A DNA stretch of 64,000 nucleotides from an uncultured Candidatus Saccharibacteria bacterium (GCA_948663575.1 CAPNAV010000001.1:3901-67900); one strand, 5' to 3'. Numbered from the stretch's first letter, positions 9,735-20,867 are shown. Notes: generated by a model from the letters alone, not told the origin. Made by a program: numbers and translations.

Positions 9735-9889
9735 AAAAAGGACACTGCTACGAGTGTCTTAAAATCGTTTGCCTACAACAGGATTATGCCTATTGCTTCG
9801 AGCAGTGCCCTAGTTAAGACATAATCATGCAGGGCAAAGCCTACACCTGTTGTTGGCTAAATTGATTTTAAGACATCTATATTATACCA
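9735..9889 (-). promoter_or_regulatory. Promoter and structured leader RNA with terminator/antiterminator, same architecture as 1207-1352
   Basis: TGGTATAAT -10; stems 9755-9766/9864-9875, 9771-9782/9846-9857, 9782-9788/9820-9826; 9798-9810 complementary to terminator 9740-9753. Confidence 0.6.
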
Positions 9890-11055
9890 TACCTAGCCCA
9901 CAATACAAAGAGACCCACCACTACCACCAAAGAAGGTCGTCAAAGGAGATTCATTAAGGAGAAAGATACTCGTACATAGCGAGACCAATACTTCAACCCA
10001 CTATCATCAAAGAAAAAACAAAAACTCATACGGGAGATACTAAGATTTAATATAAAACGCCGATACCCATACAGACGCACCTATATAGCATTTACAGAGG
10101 TCTATATCTTCCTAATGTCTTTATTCCATATAAGAGGACTAAGTAGAAAACCAATCACTCTCCTATTTTTCCACCCCAAAATACCCTATCTGAAGCCACA
10201 GAATATGGCTTTATGATGTTCATCTATACTATTAAATAGTGCGATTTTGAGTCTCTCACATCAAAGACGGTACTTATATCATCTTGCGTATTCCACTTGC
10301 TTACTTATAGGAGAGACACTAGAGCACTAGACCTTAAAACGCATATTCTCAAGCCGTGTCTATCCACTATAAGACAACAACCCAATTACTTTTTAATGAT
10401 TCGCCCGCCTTCGCTTGGTGGGGCTACGGCGGGGTGGTATAAAGCCGGGTGGAAGAGGGGTAGCAAAATCAATAGACACCAAAGAAATAACTAGTGAACA
10501 GCTAATCATGCGACAGATACTACTCAAGCGCACTCTATTCCGTGGACTGTAAGCCACTCCATATACATCAAGCTAGACGGACAAGGGGGCTCTACGGGTG
10601 TATCTGAACACTTTAGCAACCCACTTTCCTATTTTTCGCCCCCAATTAACCACGCGCCCTTCGGGCGTTGCGTAGCACCTCCGTGGGGGATATGAGATAA
10701 TAAACAGCCTACGGCTGTTGTAAAACAACAAGGGCGAGGGTTCTCATACCTCGTCCTTTCTCTTTTGATGATAATAGTTCAAAAGTTTTCTGGTAGTGCT
10801 TCTACAATAGATATTTCTTCTGTTGTTTGATTATATCTAGCGTTCTCTGGGAGACCGGCTCTATTTCTATCGGGGTATCATAGGTATCGTCACAGAGGTA
10901 TGTTATAATGTAGTTAAGGTGTTCAAGTAAGCTCACGCTCGGGGCACCAGGAATTATATTGCGACATGGGATGCGAGAGGGTCTCGGTCGCTCTTGTTTT
11001 TAGAGCGGCAATATTATCTCTCTCATGTCGACAACGATTTATAAAAGAGGTAAAC

Positions 11056-11661
11056 ATGAAGAATCCAAAGATTACACGAAAAATTACTCAAGGCGTTTAC
11101 GTTCTCACTACCGAGGGCGGAGGGTGTATTGTTGATGCTGTATCTCGCGCCAGCGCCGGCGAGCAGCCTCTCTTTACAGTGGCTGTCGCCAAGACCAATC
11201 ATTCACATAAGCTTTTACAAGAAAATGCCAAATTTGCTCTTTCAATTCTTGGTCAAAAAGCCGATCCAGCCATTATTCAAACTTTCGGTTTTAACTGTTC
11301 GAAAGATATCGATAAATTCGCTAAAGTTAAAACTACTAGAATCAACGATATTCCTGTAATCGATGATTCGCTTGGCTACATCCTTTGCGAAAAAGTCGAT
11401 GCTATCGACATGGAGACGCATACGCTATATATCGGTCGCATGGTTGAAGCTGATGTTTTCTCCAACGCCGATACTCCAATGAGCTATGCTTACTACCAAG
11501 AACATAAAGAAGATCTTAAAAAAGTTACAACCGAGCAGGGAAAGACTGCTTGGGTTTGCACTGCCTGCGGCTATGTTTATTATGGCGACGAAGTTCCAGA
11601 TGATTATAAGTGTCCTCTTTGCGGCCTCGGCAAAGCTTATTTCAAGAAAAAGGAAGATTAG
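11056..11661 (+). CDS. Flavin reductase domain fused to C-terminal rubredoxin-like domain
   Basis: [27 protein letters not shown]...CPLCG; AGAGG RBS before ATG 11056. Confidence 0.88.
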   Translation: MKNPKITRKITQGVYVLTTEGGGCIVDAVSRASAGEQPLFTVAVAKTNHSHKLLQENAKFALSILGQKADPAIIQTFGFNCSKDIDKFAKVKTTRINDIPVIDDSLGYILCEKVDAIDMETHTLYIGRMVEADVFSNADTPMSYAYYQEHKEDLKKVTTEQGKTAWVCTACGYVYYGDEVPDDYKCPLCGLGKAYFKKKED

Positions 11662-11922
11662 CTGCATATAATCATATACGCAAGCCAATAATAGCCCTAA
11701 AAAGCAAAATACCCCAAAAAATGGGGTATTTTTGCACACAAAAATACCTTCCCTCAGCATAGCCTTTTCAGGTTATAATTATATTGTAGCACACAATATT
11801 AAAAAAGTCAATAGCAAGATGTTCGGTTTTTGAATGTCAACAGGGGTAAAGTAACCAAAATTCCAAAAATATCAAAACATATTTTCATCAAAATTGCGTG
11901 ACAAAAATCGTAAAAAACAATC

Positions 11923-12095
11923 TTGACGGCAAGCGTAGGCGTGATAAAATAGTTACAGAAGTTCGGACGAGATCTTACGTTGAGGGTCGTCTGAAGTTCA
12001 AAAATTTAATACTTGGGTGGAAAAATGCTTATTACAACTAAACTTGTTGTATAAAAAAATAAGGCTCTGCAGAACTGCGAGGGTCTTATTTTTTT
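11923..12095 (+). ncRNA. Candidate small transcript (sRNA or 9-aa peptide MLITTKLVV at 12025-12054)
   Basis: TTGACG-16nt-TAAAAT promoter, TTCGGACGA/TCGTCTGAA hairpin, bidirectional terminator at 12053-12095. Confidence 0.35.
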
Positions 12096-12118
12096 GCAGC
12101 TGACCAGCCGCGACGCCT

Positions 12119-12883
12119 TTATTGATCTATCTCTACTCCTACCGCTCGCTCATTCGGGCAAGTTGACAAAATATTAGCAATCGCATCGTGCTCAGCTTGA
12201 GTTACCCAAAGGTCGTATTTATATTTCACGGAAATCTGCCGAGCTACATATTGACACCGAAAGGCTTTATTAGATGGCAGCCATGTCGCCGCATCACCGT
12301 CTGATTTTTTCTGATTAGCGCTCGAATCTACCGCCAGGAGGTTGAGCGGATCGGTTGCTAAACTATATCTCTCATCTGCTGTCAAATTCTGCGCACCCTT
12401 TTGCCATGCATCCGACAACGCTACGACATGGTCAATCTGAATTCTCGTCGTAAAATCCGATCGTTCATAGAAAATCAAATGCTGCCCTGTATATGGCTCA
12501 TCAAACTCACCGCTAACCACTGTACATTGATCGTCGCTCAAAACTGCCGTCTCTCCTATTTCACGACGAATAATTCGCTGACGCAGGCTACATCCTTCAA
12601 TCGTTGGCCATCCAGAATAAAACTGCGTACGCTCATAGCCAGTTTTAGGCGCACGCCCCTTAATCGCTAGCTGTTCGAGAACCTCTGTCGCCAATGGCGC
12701 TGATAAATCTATACCGGATGGCGTTTCGGCGGCCGATACAGTCTCGTCTGGCGCGGTTCCAGGCTCAAAAATCTGTTCGTAACTGCTAGGATTAGAGATA
12801 ATAATCCCTATAAGTCCCGCCGCCGCCAAAAATGCCGCTATAATCCTGCGCTTCCGATAAACTCCTATCCTCCTCTTATTCAT
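12119..12883 (-). CDS. Exported HNH-type nuclease (DUF1524-like)
   Basis: N-terminal anchor; IQIDHVVALSDAW, DPLNLLAVD...NQKKSDGDAATWLP, CQYVARQISVKYKY. Confidence 0.85.
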   Translation of the reverse strand: MNKRRIGVYRKRRIIAAFLAAAGLIGIIISNPSSYEQIFEPGTAPDETVSAAETPSGIDLSAPLATEVLEQLAIKGRAPKTGYERTQFYSGWPTIEGCSLRQRIIRREIGETAVLSDDQCTVVSGEFDEPYTGQHLIFYERSDFTTRIQIDHVVALSDAWQKGAQNLTADERYSLATDPLNLLAVDSSANQKKSDGDAATWLPSNKAFRCQYVARQISVKYKYDLWVTQAEHDAIANILSTCPNERAVGVEIDQ

Positions 12884-12984
12884 ATCTTTATCTTAGCATA
12901 AAACCCGGGTGTAAGAAGTGAAACGTCAAATTATCTCTCACAAGAGAAGTTTTATTAGTTAAATCTGCTATAATATATTACAAT

Positions 12985-15102
12985 ATGCCTAAATTCGAAC
13001 TCGTTTCCAAGTATCAGCCTACTGGCGACCAGCCCCAGGCGATTGAGCAGCTCACCGCCGGCCTTAATGCTGGCGTGCGTGAGCAGACTTTGCTTGGCGT
13101 CACTGGTTCCGGCAAGACCTTCACGATGGCAAACATCATCCAAAATTACCAGCGCCCGACTCTCATTCTCGCTCATAATAAAACCCTCGCCGCTCAACTT
13201 TACTCCGAGTTCCGCGAATTCTTCCCCAAGAATGAGGTGCATTATTTTGTCTCGTACTTCGATTATTATCAGCCAGAAGCCTACATCGCCAGTACTGATA
13301 CCTATATCGAAAAAGACTCCGCTATCAACGACGAAATCGACCGTCTTCGTCACGCCGCCACGGTCGCTCTGCTCACCCGTCCTGATACTATCGTTGTCGC
13401 TTCGGTCTCTTGTATTTACGGCATTGGTTCGCCTGATCATTATACAGAAATGTCGCTCCCGCTAGTCAAGACCAATGGCAGTTGGCGGATTGCGGGTACT
13501 CTGACGGACAACTTTTTAGCCAAGAGCGAGCAACAGATCATGAAGTCCGAACTGACTGAAGCCGCCTTACAAATAATTACGGGCAATCCTACTGAATTGC
13601 AGACGCAGCAGCTCTCTCAACAGAATTTCCTGATTTATCTTGTCGCTATGCAATATCATCGCAACGACCTCGCCTTCGAACGCGGCAATTTTCGTGTCAT
13701 GGGCGATACTGTCGACCTCTTTCCGGCCAGCGGGGAATGGGGCTATCGCTTTGAGTTTGGTTTCGACACCCTTGAGAGCGTTCGTATTATCGACCCGCTT
13801 ACTGCCGAGACTAAGGAAAAGCCTGACCGTATTCACATCTTCCCAAATACTCACTACGCCACCCCTAAAGATCAGCTCGAAACTGCCATTGCTGGTATCG
13901 AGGCTGAGTTTAAGGAGCGTCTCAATTATTTCGAAAAACACAACAAGTTCCTCGAGGCGCAGCGCCTCTCTCAGCGCACCAAATACGACCTCGAAATGCT
14001 CCGCGAGACGGGCTTTGTTAAGGGGATCGAAAATTACTCGCGCCACCTCGACGGTCGCAAGGCCGGCGAGCCCCCTGCCACTCTAATAGACTTTTTCCCG
14101 CAAGACTTCCTGCTCCTAGTTGACGAAAGCCACATGACCTTGCCCCAAGTACGCGGCATGTATAATGGCGATCATGCCCGCAAAGAAACTCTTGTTGAGC
14201 ACGGTTTTCGCTTGCCGAGCGCCCTTGATAATCGTCCGCTCATTTTTACAGAGTTCCAGCAACACATCAATCATGCTATTTATGTATCCGCCACCCCTGG
14301 CCCGTACGAGCTTGAGCATTCTCCAGAACCCGCCCAGCAAGTTATCCGTCCGACTGGCCTCCTTGATCCGGAAATAGAAGTCCGTTCTTCCGAGGGGCAA
14401 ATTGACGATCTTATCGAAGAAATCGAGTATCGCATCACCAAAAACCAACGCACTCTCGTCACTACCCTCACTAAGAAGATGGCCGAAGATTTGACTGATT
14501 ATCTGAAAGAACGCGAGATTAAGGTCGCTTACATCCATTCCGATATTGACACTCTCGAACGCGGTGATATTCTGCGCGACCTCCGTGCCGGCGTTTATGA
14601 CGTGCTCGTAGGTATTAATCTTTTGCGCGAAGGCTTGGATCTGCCAGAGGTCTCGCTGGTTGCTATCCTCGATGCCGACAAGGAGGGTTTTCTTCGTTCT
14701 GAATCTGCACTTATCCAGACTATCGGTCGCGCCGCTCGTCATGTTAATGGCAAAGTAATTATGTATGCCGACAATATTACCGAAAGCATGCACAAAGCTA
14801 TCGACGAGACCATGCGCCGCCGCGAGATTCAACAGGCATATAATAAAGAACACAACATCACTCCGCGTTCCGTCAAGAAAGAAATTAGCGCAGGTCTCCG
14901 TGCCATTATCCCCGAAAAGGCGGAGGTTACCAAGCTCGATCTCAAACGCCTTCCGCCTGAAGAAATCCCCAGTCTCATTAAGGAGCTTCAGTCTCAGATG
15001 CAGCTCGCTGCTGCTAACTTAGACTTCGAGAAAGCGGCTTTCCTCCGCGACCAGATCGCCGAAATCAAAGGCGAATCCGCATCTAAATCCAAAAAGAAAT
15101 AA
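12985..15102 (+). CDS. uvrB: Excinuclease ABC subunit B
   Basis: [51 protein letters not shown]-terminal UVR domain. Confidence 0.98.
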   Translation: MPKFELVSKYQPTGDQPQAIEQLTAGLNAGVREQTLLGVTGSGKTFTMANIIQNYQRPTLILAHNKTLAAQLYSEFREFFPKNEVHYFVSYFDYYQPEAYIASTDTYIEKDSAINDEIDRLRHAATVALLTRPDTIVVASVSCIYGIGSPDHYTEMSLPLVKTNGSWRIAGTLTDNFLAKSEQQIMKSELTEAALQIITGNPTELQTQQLSQQNFLIYLVAMQYHRNDLAFERGNFRVMGDTVDLFPASGEWGYRFEFGFDTLESVRIIDPLTAETKEKPDRIHIFPNTHYATPKDQLETAIAGIEAEFKERLNYFEKHNKFLEAQRLSQRTKYDLEMLRETGFVKGIENYSRHLDGRKAGEPPATLIDFFPQDFLLLVDESHMTLPQVRGMYNGDHARKETLVEHGFRLPSALDNRPLIFTEFQQHINHAIYVSATPGPYELEHSPEPAQQVIRPTGLLDPEIEVRSSEGQIDDLIEEIEYRITKNQRTLVTTLTKKMAEDLTDYLKEREIKVAYIHSDIDTLERGDILRDLRAGVYDVLVGINLLREGLDLPEVSLVAILDADKEGFLRSESALIQTIGRAARHVNGKVIMYADNITESMHKAIDETMRRREIQQAYNKEHNITPRSVKKEISAGLRAIIPEKAEVTKLDLKRLPPEEIPSLIKELQSQMQLAAANLDFEKAAFLRDQIAEIKGESASKSKKK

Positions 15103-15119
15103 CCTACCAAAAATCCAGA

Positions 15120-15186
15120 TGTTGTAAAAATTACAACGTTTACTCAATGCTATTCTCTCAGGCTAAACATTGTAAAAAAACAACAC
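15120..15186. repeat. Pair of TTGTAAAA..TACAAC-type palindromic boxes, homologous to 61299-61362
   Basis: TGTTGTAAAAATTACAACGTTTAC aligns with the reverse complement of 61339-61362. Confidence 0.5.
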
Positions 15187-15294
15187 GTACTAAATATTAC
15201 CTATCCAAGGCCAAAGCATGATATCTATAATCTAGCAAAAACCGCCCAGCATCGCTGAACGGCTACCGCAACAGTTTGAGCTGTATTCCGGGGG

Positions 15295-15924
15295 CTATGA
15301 TTTTATGTGTCTGCATTCCCAACTCTCGAAAGCAAGGGCTTGTAGAGCGATTTTAACTCGCCTGTCGTGGTCGGTCTTTGCTTTATATTCCTGATCTTTC
15401 CATTCTATGTATTCCAGATTACTTTTGAACCCATCGAGGGATAGTTGTGAAAATGAGCAGAGGATGCTTGGCTTTTTGAAAAGTAGTATTTCGCGCGAAG
15501 CAAAAAACTCCGGCGATAGTATTAATTCCGCACCCCTAAGCGAAATTACCAAATCCGCTTGCCGACCATTTCCTAGTGCTTGCACACGTTCTTGATATTT
15601 TGCATATTCTGAAGCATATTGCTGCCAAGCAAAATAGGCGTTTCTTAATTTTTGCAGATAAGCGTTTGCTTCACGCCTTCCATGCGCATCCCCATAGCAA
15701 AATTCTCTCAGCTCCGTTGTGTTGTGCGAAATTGGCATCTGCCACGAAAACCCTACCTTATCCATTTCGATCAGCTTTGCCATCTCCGCGTCTCCCGTTG
15801 CTCTGCGAATTTGCTCAATATTCCAATTTAAGTAGTCAATGCGGCGTCGATCATCAAGCACATACTCCGGTATATTATTTGTTCCTAGATCCTCCTGCCG
15901 CTCCCTGTCATCTGTTGACTTCAA
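15295..15924 (-). CDS. Hypothetical protein
   Basis: 209-aa ORF with GGAGGTG RBS before TTG. Confidence 0.65.
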   Translation of the reverse strand: MKSTDDRERQEDLGTNNIPEYVLDDRRRIDYLNWNIEQIRRATGDAEMAKLIEMDKVGFSWQMPISHNTTELREFCYGDAHGRREANAYLQKLRNAYFAWQQYASEYAKYQERVQALGNGRQADLVISLRGAELILSPEFFASREILLFKKPSILCSFSQLSLDGFKSNLEYIEWKDQEYKAKTDHDRRVKIALQALAFESWECRHIKS

Positions 15925-16130
15925 AACATCACCTCCGTTTCCAAAAAGAGCACTCCTACAAAATTATACCATCCCACCACTGTAAGAACATAAAAACATA
16001 ACCAAAAAGTACTAGACAAAATCGCAAAAGTATGCTACAATGGTAGTAATAAGCTGAAAACGCTTATGCAAACGCGCAACGTTTTTGTTGCGTAAGTACA
16101 TTCACAGCCCGAGGGAAAGGATGAGGAAAA

Positions 16131-17153
16131 ATGAAGAAGATGAAGAAAATGTTGTCACTGTTAACTCTGCTGGTGTTGCTGGCTGGAATCACTAGCCATG
16201 CCGCTGAAGCACAAGATTCTGGCACGGTCGGGAGTCCAATCTTACCCAACCAATGGGAACCGAAGGCACAGGACTCCTCATGGATGTCTCAGCCTACGGC
16301 TACGCCTATGCCGAAGCTGTGCGATGGACTGAATACTGGATCTGCTGCAAGCAGTGGCGCAACGCCTATGTCCAAAAACAGTCCTACGTCGCCTACGCCT
16401 GAATCCACGCCTAAGCCTACGCCTACGGTTCCGCCCACGCCTAAGCCGGAGGCGTACGAATCGATTCTGGATAATCCGGAGCTGATTCTGAAACCTAACG
16501 AAGAGATTGTGGGCACTGTCAGCAAGAAGTATCGCTTACCTCGCGGTACTGAAGTCACCCCTGGCACAGTACTGATGCGGATATATAATTCTGATATGGA
16601 ATGTGTAACCTCATTGGTAGTGCCGGAGCTCCCTGAAGAGCAGGCAGAATTTCTGGAGAAGCTTGGCCTTAAGGCCTGCCTGACGATAGACGAGCATGAT
16701 ACGTACATCAGTTATCATCTCAAATTCTATCGTGAGAATGAGAACCTGATTTTGCAGGTCTACCAGAGTGAAAACATGAGCCTGGTACTTGTCGATACGC
16801 CGTATCTGTATTACGCAAGCTGTATTCGTTCCGACGACGGCGACTATGACAAAGATAGTGCTTCTGTAGGATTACTCAGTGGCACTTGGGAATTATTCTG
16901 GAGCCAGAACTACTGGCGCGAAGAACACAATCTGGAGACAGGCAACGGCGAGTATTCATACGTCGTCGCCGAGCTGGCCGAATTTTCGGAAACCACAGCC
17001 GCGCTATCAGAGCAGGAATTTGCCGACATGAAGATAGCGATCGGTGGCTCGATCCTTGCTGAATTCCGCAAATATGTTGAATATTTGCCGGAAAGCTATA
17101 GCGAGGATTATCTCGAGCTGATTGGGTTTACCGAGATGACTCTTCAACCATAA
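16131..17153 (+). CDS. Secreted hypothetical protein with Pro/Thr-rich linker; paralog of 17449-18417
   Basis: Signal peptide, PTP repeats, shared PGTVLMR...PE(L/F)PEEQA..LE..GL motif. Confidence 0.8.
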   Translation: MKKMKKMLSLLTLLVLLAGITSHAAEAQDSGTVGSPILPNQWEPKAQDSSWMSQPTATPMPKLCDGLNTGSAASSGATPMSKNSPTSPTPESTPKPTPTVPPTPKPEAYESILDNPELILKPNEEIVGTVSKKYRLPRGTEVTPGTVLMRIYNSDMECVTSLVVPELPEEQAEFLEKLGLKACLTIDEHDTYISYHLKFYRENENLILQVYQSENMSLVLVDTPYLYYASCIRSDDGDYDKDSASVGLLSGTWELFWSQNYWREEHNLETGNGEYSYVVAELAEFSETTAALSEQEFADMKIAIGGSILAEFRKYVEYLPESYSEDYLELIGFTEMTLQP

Positions 17154-17165
17154 CTCCCCCTCTCG

Positions 17166-17199
17166 ACCGGTCGCATATCTTTAGCTGCGGCCGGTTTTT
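17166..17199 (+). terminator. Intrinsic terminator, near-identical to 18434-18467
   Basis: ACCGGTCGCA-TATCTTTAGC-TGCGGCCGGT then T-run. Confidence 0.8.
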
Positions 17200-17448
17200 C
17201 TTGCTTCAAAATAAGCACTAAAGCTCAAAAAAGGGAACTAGAAGTAATATTACATCCTCCAGCGTCTCGATTAGTTTATCGATGAACCATATCTAACATT
17301 CATTAAGTCAGCCCCCAATGGGTATTTTTGTAAAATATGCAAATTAACATAAAAACTATGGACAAAATCAACAACGTGTGATATAATGAAGATATGGGGT
17401 ATGATTTTTGGCCTCATAAGAAACTAAAATCGCACATTTATAGGAGGA

Positions 17449-18417
17449 ATGAAAATGAAGAAAAAGTCTCTTGTTACTACTGTTGTTCTGTTGGTCAGTC
17501 TGCTCTGCGGATGCGGCGCTCCGGACTTTACTGCTACTCATGACGATACGTCGGGTGTCGTTTCGTTGCTGGATAGCCATACGAACGATCGCAGCGGTAT
17601 TGACGATTTCGCTAGCCGGTTAGCTAGAGCTGGACACGCTATGGATATCGGCATTGAAGAGTCGGAACCGTTCGTCCAAATCGTTAGCCCATCCTATGGC
17701 ATTGATCCATTAGGCCTGCCGTCAATTAAGGTCGAATACCTGGCAAGGAACGTCGTGTGGAACGGCGAACCTCAGGTCACTCCAGAGTACACTGCCATTG
17801 CCCTCTGCTGGCCGGATGCTGCTGATTATGAACCTGGTACGGTATTGATGCGGCTGACACCTGAGGAGTGCGCGTCAGAGTGGACGCTTTCTATCCCAGA
17901 ATTTCCGGAAGAGCAAGCGCGCGAGCTTGAGGAAGCCGGCTTGCAGTGTTGCATGATCACCTACTCCAAAACGGATGGTAGTAGTAGTCGTCGTTGTCAG
18001 TCGTTGTCTTTTTACAACGGTCCCTTAAGAATCGCTATCTATGATTTTACCGAGGAGTCGTTCAGAAGCAACGTCTTTTGCTACTCTTGGGAAGTCTGCG
18101 ATATGGATAGTTATAGCCTTAACGACTACGTGCTTCTGGATTCTTTCCACGCCGACTGTCCTTGCGGTAACTTCAGTCACGCTTGGCGTGTAGAGTATGA
18201 GACGCCTGCTGCGTCTTGGTACACTAATGAGCGTGTCGAGCGTCGACAGATTGAGTCGCTGTCCGAGGGTACAGAAACTACTTTTGCCTTCAGCGCAGAA
18301 GAATTCTCCGCCCTGATGGATGTGATTCATCAGATTCAGTCACGGGCATGTTTCAAGGATTCCAAAGTTGAACTCGAGGCGGGGTCGGAGGTTGAACCAG
18401 AGGTAGATTCATTGTAA
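17449..18417 (+). CDS. Putative lipoprotein; paralog of 16131-17153
   Basis: MKMKKK...LLCGC lipobox-like sequence; AGGAGG RBS. Confidence 0.8.
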   Translation: MKMKKKSLVTTVVLLVSLLCGCGAPDFTATHDDTSGVVSLLDSHTNDRSGIDDFASRLARAGHAMDIGIEESEPFVQIVSPSYGIDPLGLPSIKVEYLARNVVWNGEPQVTPEYTAIALCWPDAADYEPGTVLMRLTPEECASEWTLSIPEFPEEQARELEEAGLQCCMITYSKTDGSSSRRCQSLSFYNGPLRIAIYDFTEESFRSNVFCYSWEVCDMDSYSLNDYVLLDSFHADCPCGNFSHAWRVEYETPAASWYTNERVERRQIESLSEGTETTFAFSAEEFSALMDVIHQIQSRACFKDSKVELEAGSEVEPEVDSL

Positions 18418-18433
18418 TTCGTTCCATCAAATT

Positions 18434-18467
18434 CCGGTCGCATATCTTTAACTGCGGCCGGTTTTTT
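18434..18467 (+). terminator. Intrinsic terminator
   Basis: CCGGTCGCATATCTTTAACTGCGGCCGGTTTTTT. Confidence 0.8.
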
Positions 18468-18612
18468 CGTTAAGGCATTAGCTGTCTAGCAGACAAAAGC
18501 ATAGTCGTAGTAGACACTCTAACTAGTTCATGATAAAATATGACAGAAGTATTTATTACTTAGCAACTGACAATCATGTCAAATTCACAGATTACATAAG
18601 GAGGGAATGTAA

Positions 18613-19381
18613 TATGACAACGAATCAAAGTAATTCATGGAAGGATGGTGACGGTTTTGGGCTAAACTATGCAGAGGCTCTACGTCACGACGCTCATAGC
18701 AGTCTACAGGAACGGATTGAAGATGAACTGGATCGCGCCCGCCTGATACGCAAAGCGATATTGTCCATGGCTCCCGATAATTTTTCTCTGGGGCCGGAAT
18801 ATACGACGCTAAACCGTGCCCATGTCTGTGCAATGATTCTAACGATAGTATGTGCGATTGCAATACGTTTATCTCTGACTCATTTCGAACCAACTTTCTT
18901 TAGCGGATTTATAGATTGGATGACTAGCGCTATTCTGCACTGTATTATGGCTATCTCTCTGCAGTTTGTTTATTTTTGCAAGATTACAAATCCTCGACTT
19001 ATCTTTTGCACATCGAAAGGACTGTATCGGGCCAGTACTTACTGTTTTGATATGGAAGTTAAGAAACATGTATTTGATTACGCTTTCGCCGAGGTTGAGC
19101 CAGTTTGGAAGAAAATTTATGACTGCCGAAATTTCATGCGCGAGTATTTATCGGTTGACGTGAAGCTCGAGACCATTATTCCGCTAAAGTGGTATGCCGC
19201 CGTATATTACGATGGCATTAATGGGGAGCCTGACGCGACATTTTCTCTTGAAGATGAAGACTGCTATGATCGGTTTCTGCGTTTTTTGGTAGCACTTTGT
19301 GTTCAATATCAGATTTCTCCTGAGCATGTCGACATTCTTCAGGCGAAAATTGACGCCGCGCACCAATCTGTTGAATCGTAA
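18613..19381 (+). CDS. Hypothetical membrane protein (2 TM)
   Basis: AGGAGGG RBS favours MTTNQ start; hairpin terminator AAAAGCTCGGC-TTCG-GCTGGGCTTTT follows. Confidence 0.7.
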
Positions 19382-19584
19382 TTTATCATCATAAAAGCTC
19401 GGCTTCGGCTGGGCTTTTTGACTTCCGAGAGACAATCATAATAAATCTCAGAATATAAAAATAGACCTCTGAAATCTCCCAAAAACCTCTTTACAATCAG
19501 TTAATATTCATATATTATATACGAGTAGAGTTGGAGCTGGTTGATATTAGTGCTCCGACAAAATAATAATTAAAAGGAGAAAGA

Positions 19585-20769
19585 ATGGCAAATTTTGACC
19601 GTTCCAAGCCACATATCAACGTTGGTACCATGGGCCACGTTGACCATGGTAAAACAACTTTGACAGCTGCGATTACCAACGTTCTCGCAAAGAAGCTTCC
19701 ATCCGAAGTTAACAAAGCTGTCGCTTATGATCAGATCGACAACGCTCCAGAAGAGAAGGCTCGTGGTATTACCATTGCTACCTCTCACCAGGAATACGAA
19801 TCTGACAACCGTCACTATGCTCACGTCGACATGCCAGGTCACGCCGACTACATTAAGAACATGATCACCGGTGCTGCTCAGGTTGATGGTGCCATCCTCG
19901 TGGTCGCTGCGAATGATGGTCCTTTGCCACAGACTCGCGAGCACGTACTTCTTGCTCACCAGGTGAACGTTCCAAAAATCATCGTTTTCTTGAATAAGAT
20001 GGACCTCGCTGATCCAGATCTCGTCGAGCTCGTTGAGATGGATGTTCGCGAACTTTTGAACAAATATGGCTATGATGGCGACAACACCCCAATCATCAAG
20101 GGTTCCGCTACCAAAGCTCTCGAAGGCGATGCTGAAAACGAACAGGCTATTATGGATCTCGTCAAAGCTATGGATGAGTTCTTTGATATTCCTGAGCACG
20201 ATCTCGACAAGCCATTCTTGATGCCTGTTGAGGACGTTTTCTCCATCAAGGGTCGTGGTACCGTTGCTACTGGTCGTATCGAGCAAGGTGTTATCAAATT
20301 GAACGACGAAGTTGAAATCGTTGGTCTCAAAGACACTCAGAAATCCGTTGTTACCGGTATTGAGGCTTTCCACAAGACTCTCGATCAGGGTCAGGCTGGC
20401 GACAACGCTGGTCTCTTGCTCCGCGGTATTGAGCGCGAACAAATCGAACGCGGTCAGGTCATCGCTGCTCCAGGTAGCATCACCCCACACACCGAATTTG
20501 AGGCTCAGGTTTACATCTTGAAGAAGGAAGAAGGCGGTCGCCACACTCCATTCTCCAAGGGCTACAAGCCACAGTTCTACTTCCGTACCACCGATGTTAC
20601 TGGCGAAGTTGAACTTCCAGCTGACAAGGAAATCGTCATGCCTGGTGATACTGTCACCTTCAAGGTCAAGTTGCTCGCGCCAATCGCTATGAACAACAAC
20701 GACCGCTTCGCTATCCGCGAAGGCGGCAAGACCGTCGGTTCTGGTGTTGTTACTAACATCATCAAATAA
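19585..20769 (+). CDS. tuf: Elongation factor Tu
   Basis: [46 protein letters not shown]. Confidence 0.99.
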   Translation: MANFDRSKPHINVGTMGHVDHGKTTLTAAITNVLAKKLPSEVNKAVAYDQIDNAPEEKARGITIATSHQEYESDNRHYAHVDMPGHADYIKNMITGAAQVDGAILVVAANDGPLPQTREHVLLAHQVNVPKIIVFLNKMDLADPDLVELVEMDVRELLNKYGYDGDNTPIIKGSATKALEGDAENEQAIMDLVKAMDEFFDIPEHDLDKPFLMPVEDVFSIKGRGTVATGRIEQGVIKLNDEVEIVGLKDTQKSVVTGIEAFHKTLDQGQAGDNAGLLLRGIEREQIERGQVIAAPGSITPHTEFEAQVYILKKEEGGRHTPFSKGYKPQFYFRTTDVTGEVELPADKEIVMPGDTVTFKVKLLAPIAMNNNDRFAIREGGKTVGSGVVTNIIK

Positions 20770-20835
20770 TAAGTAGCCGAAAGAGGTTATTTCTGATGGT
20801 TACAGACTGGCGGAAGTAATCGGTTAGCTACTAAG

Positions 20836-20867
20836 AAAAGAGAGTGCGAAATCTGCGCTCTCTTTTT
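20836..20867 (+). terminator. tuf terminator
   Basis: AAAAGAGAGTGCG-AAATC-TGCGCTCTCTTTTT. Confidence 0.8.

Larger units (their letters stand above)
4959..10949. mobile_element. Candidate ~6 kb integrative element at tRNA-Leu (serine recombinase plus helicase operon)
   Basis: Recombinase overlaps the tRNA 3' end; degenerate tRNA 3'-end copy GTTCAAGTAAGCTCACGCTCGGGGCACCA at 10921-10949. Confidence 0.6.

Noticed and set aside
19570..20544. 324-aa ORF antisense to tuf, and similar antisense or shifted ORFs over uvrB, dnaE, ftsA-like and the recombinases
   Set aside because: Shadow ORFs produced by codon bias of the real genes; no motifs or start signals.
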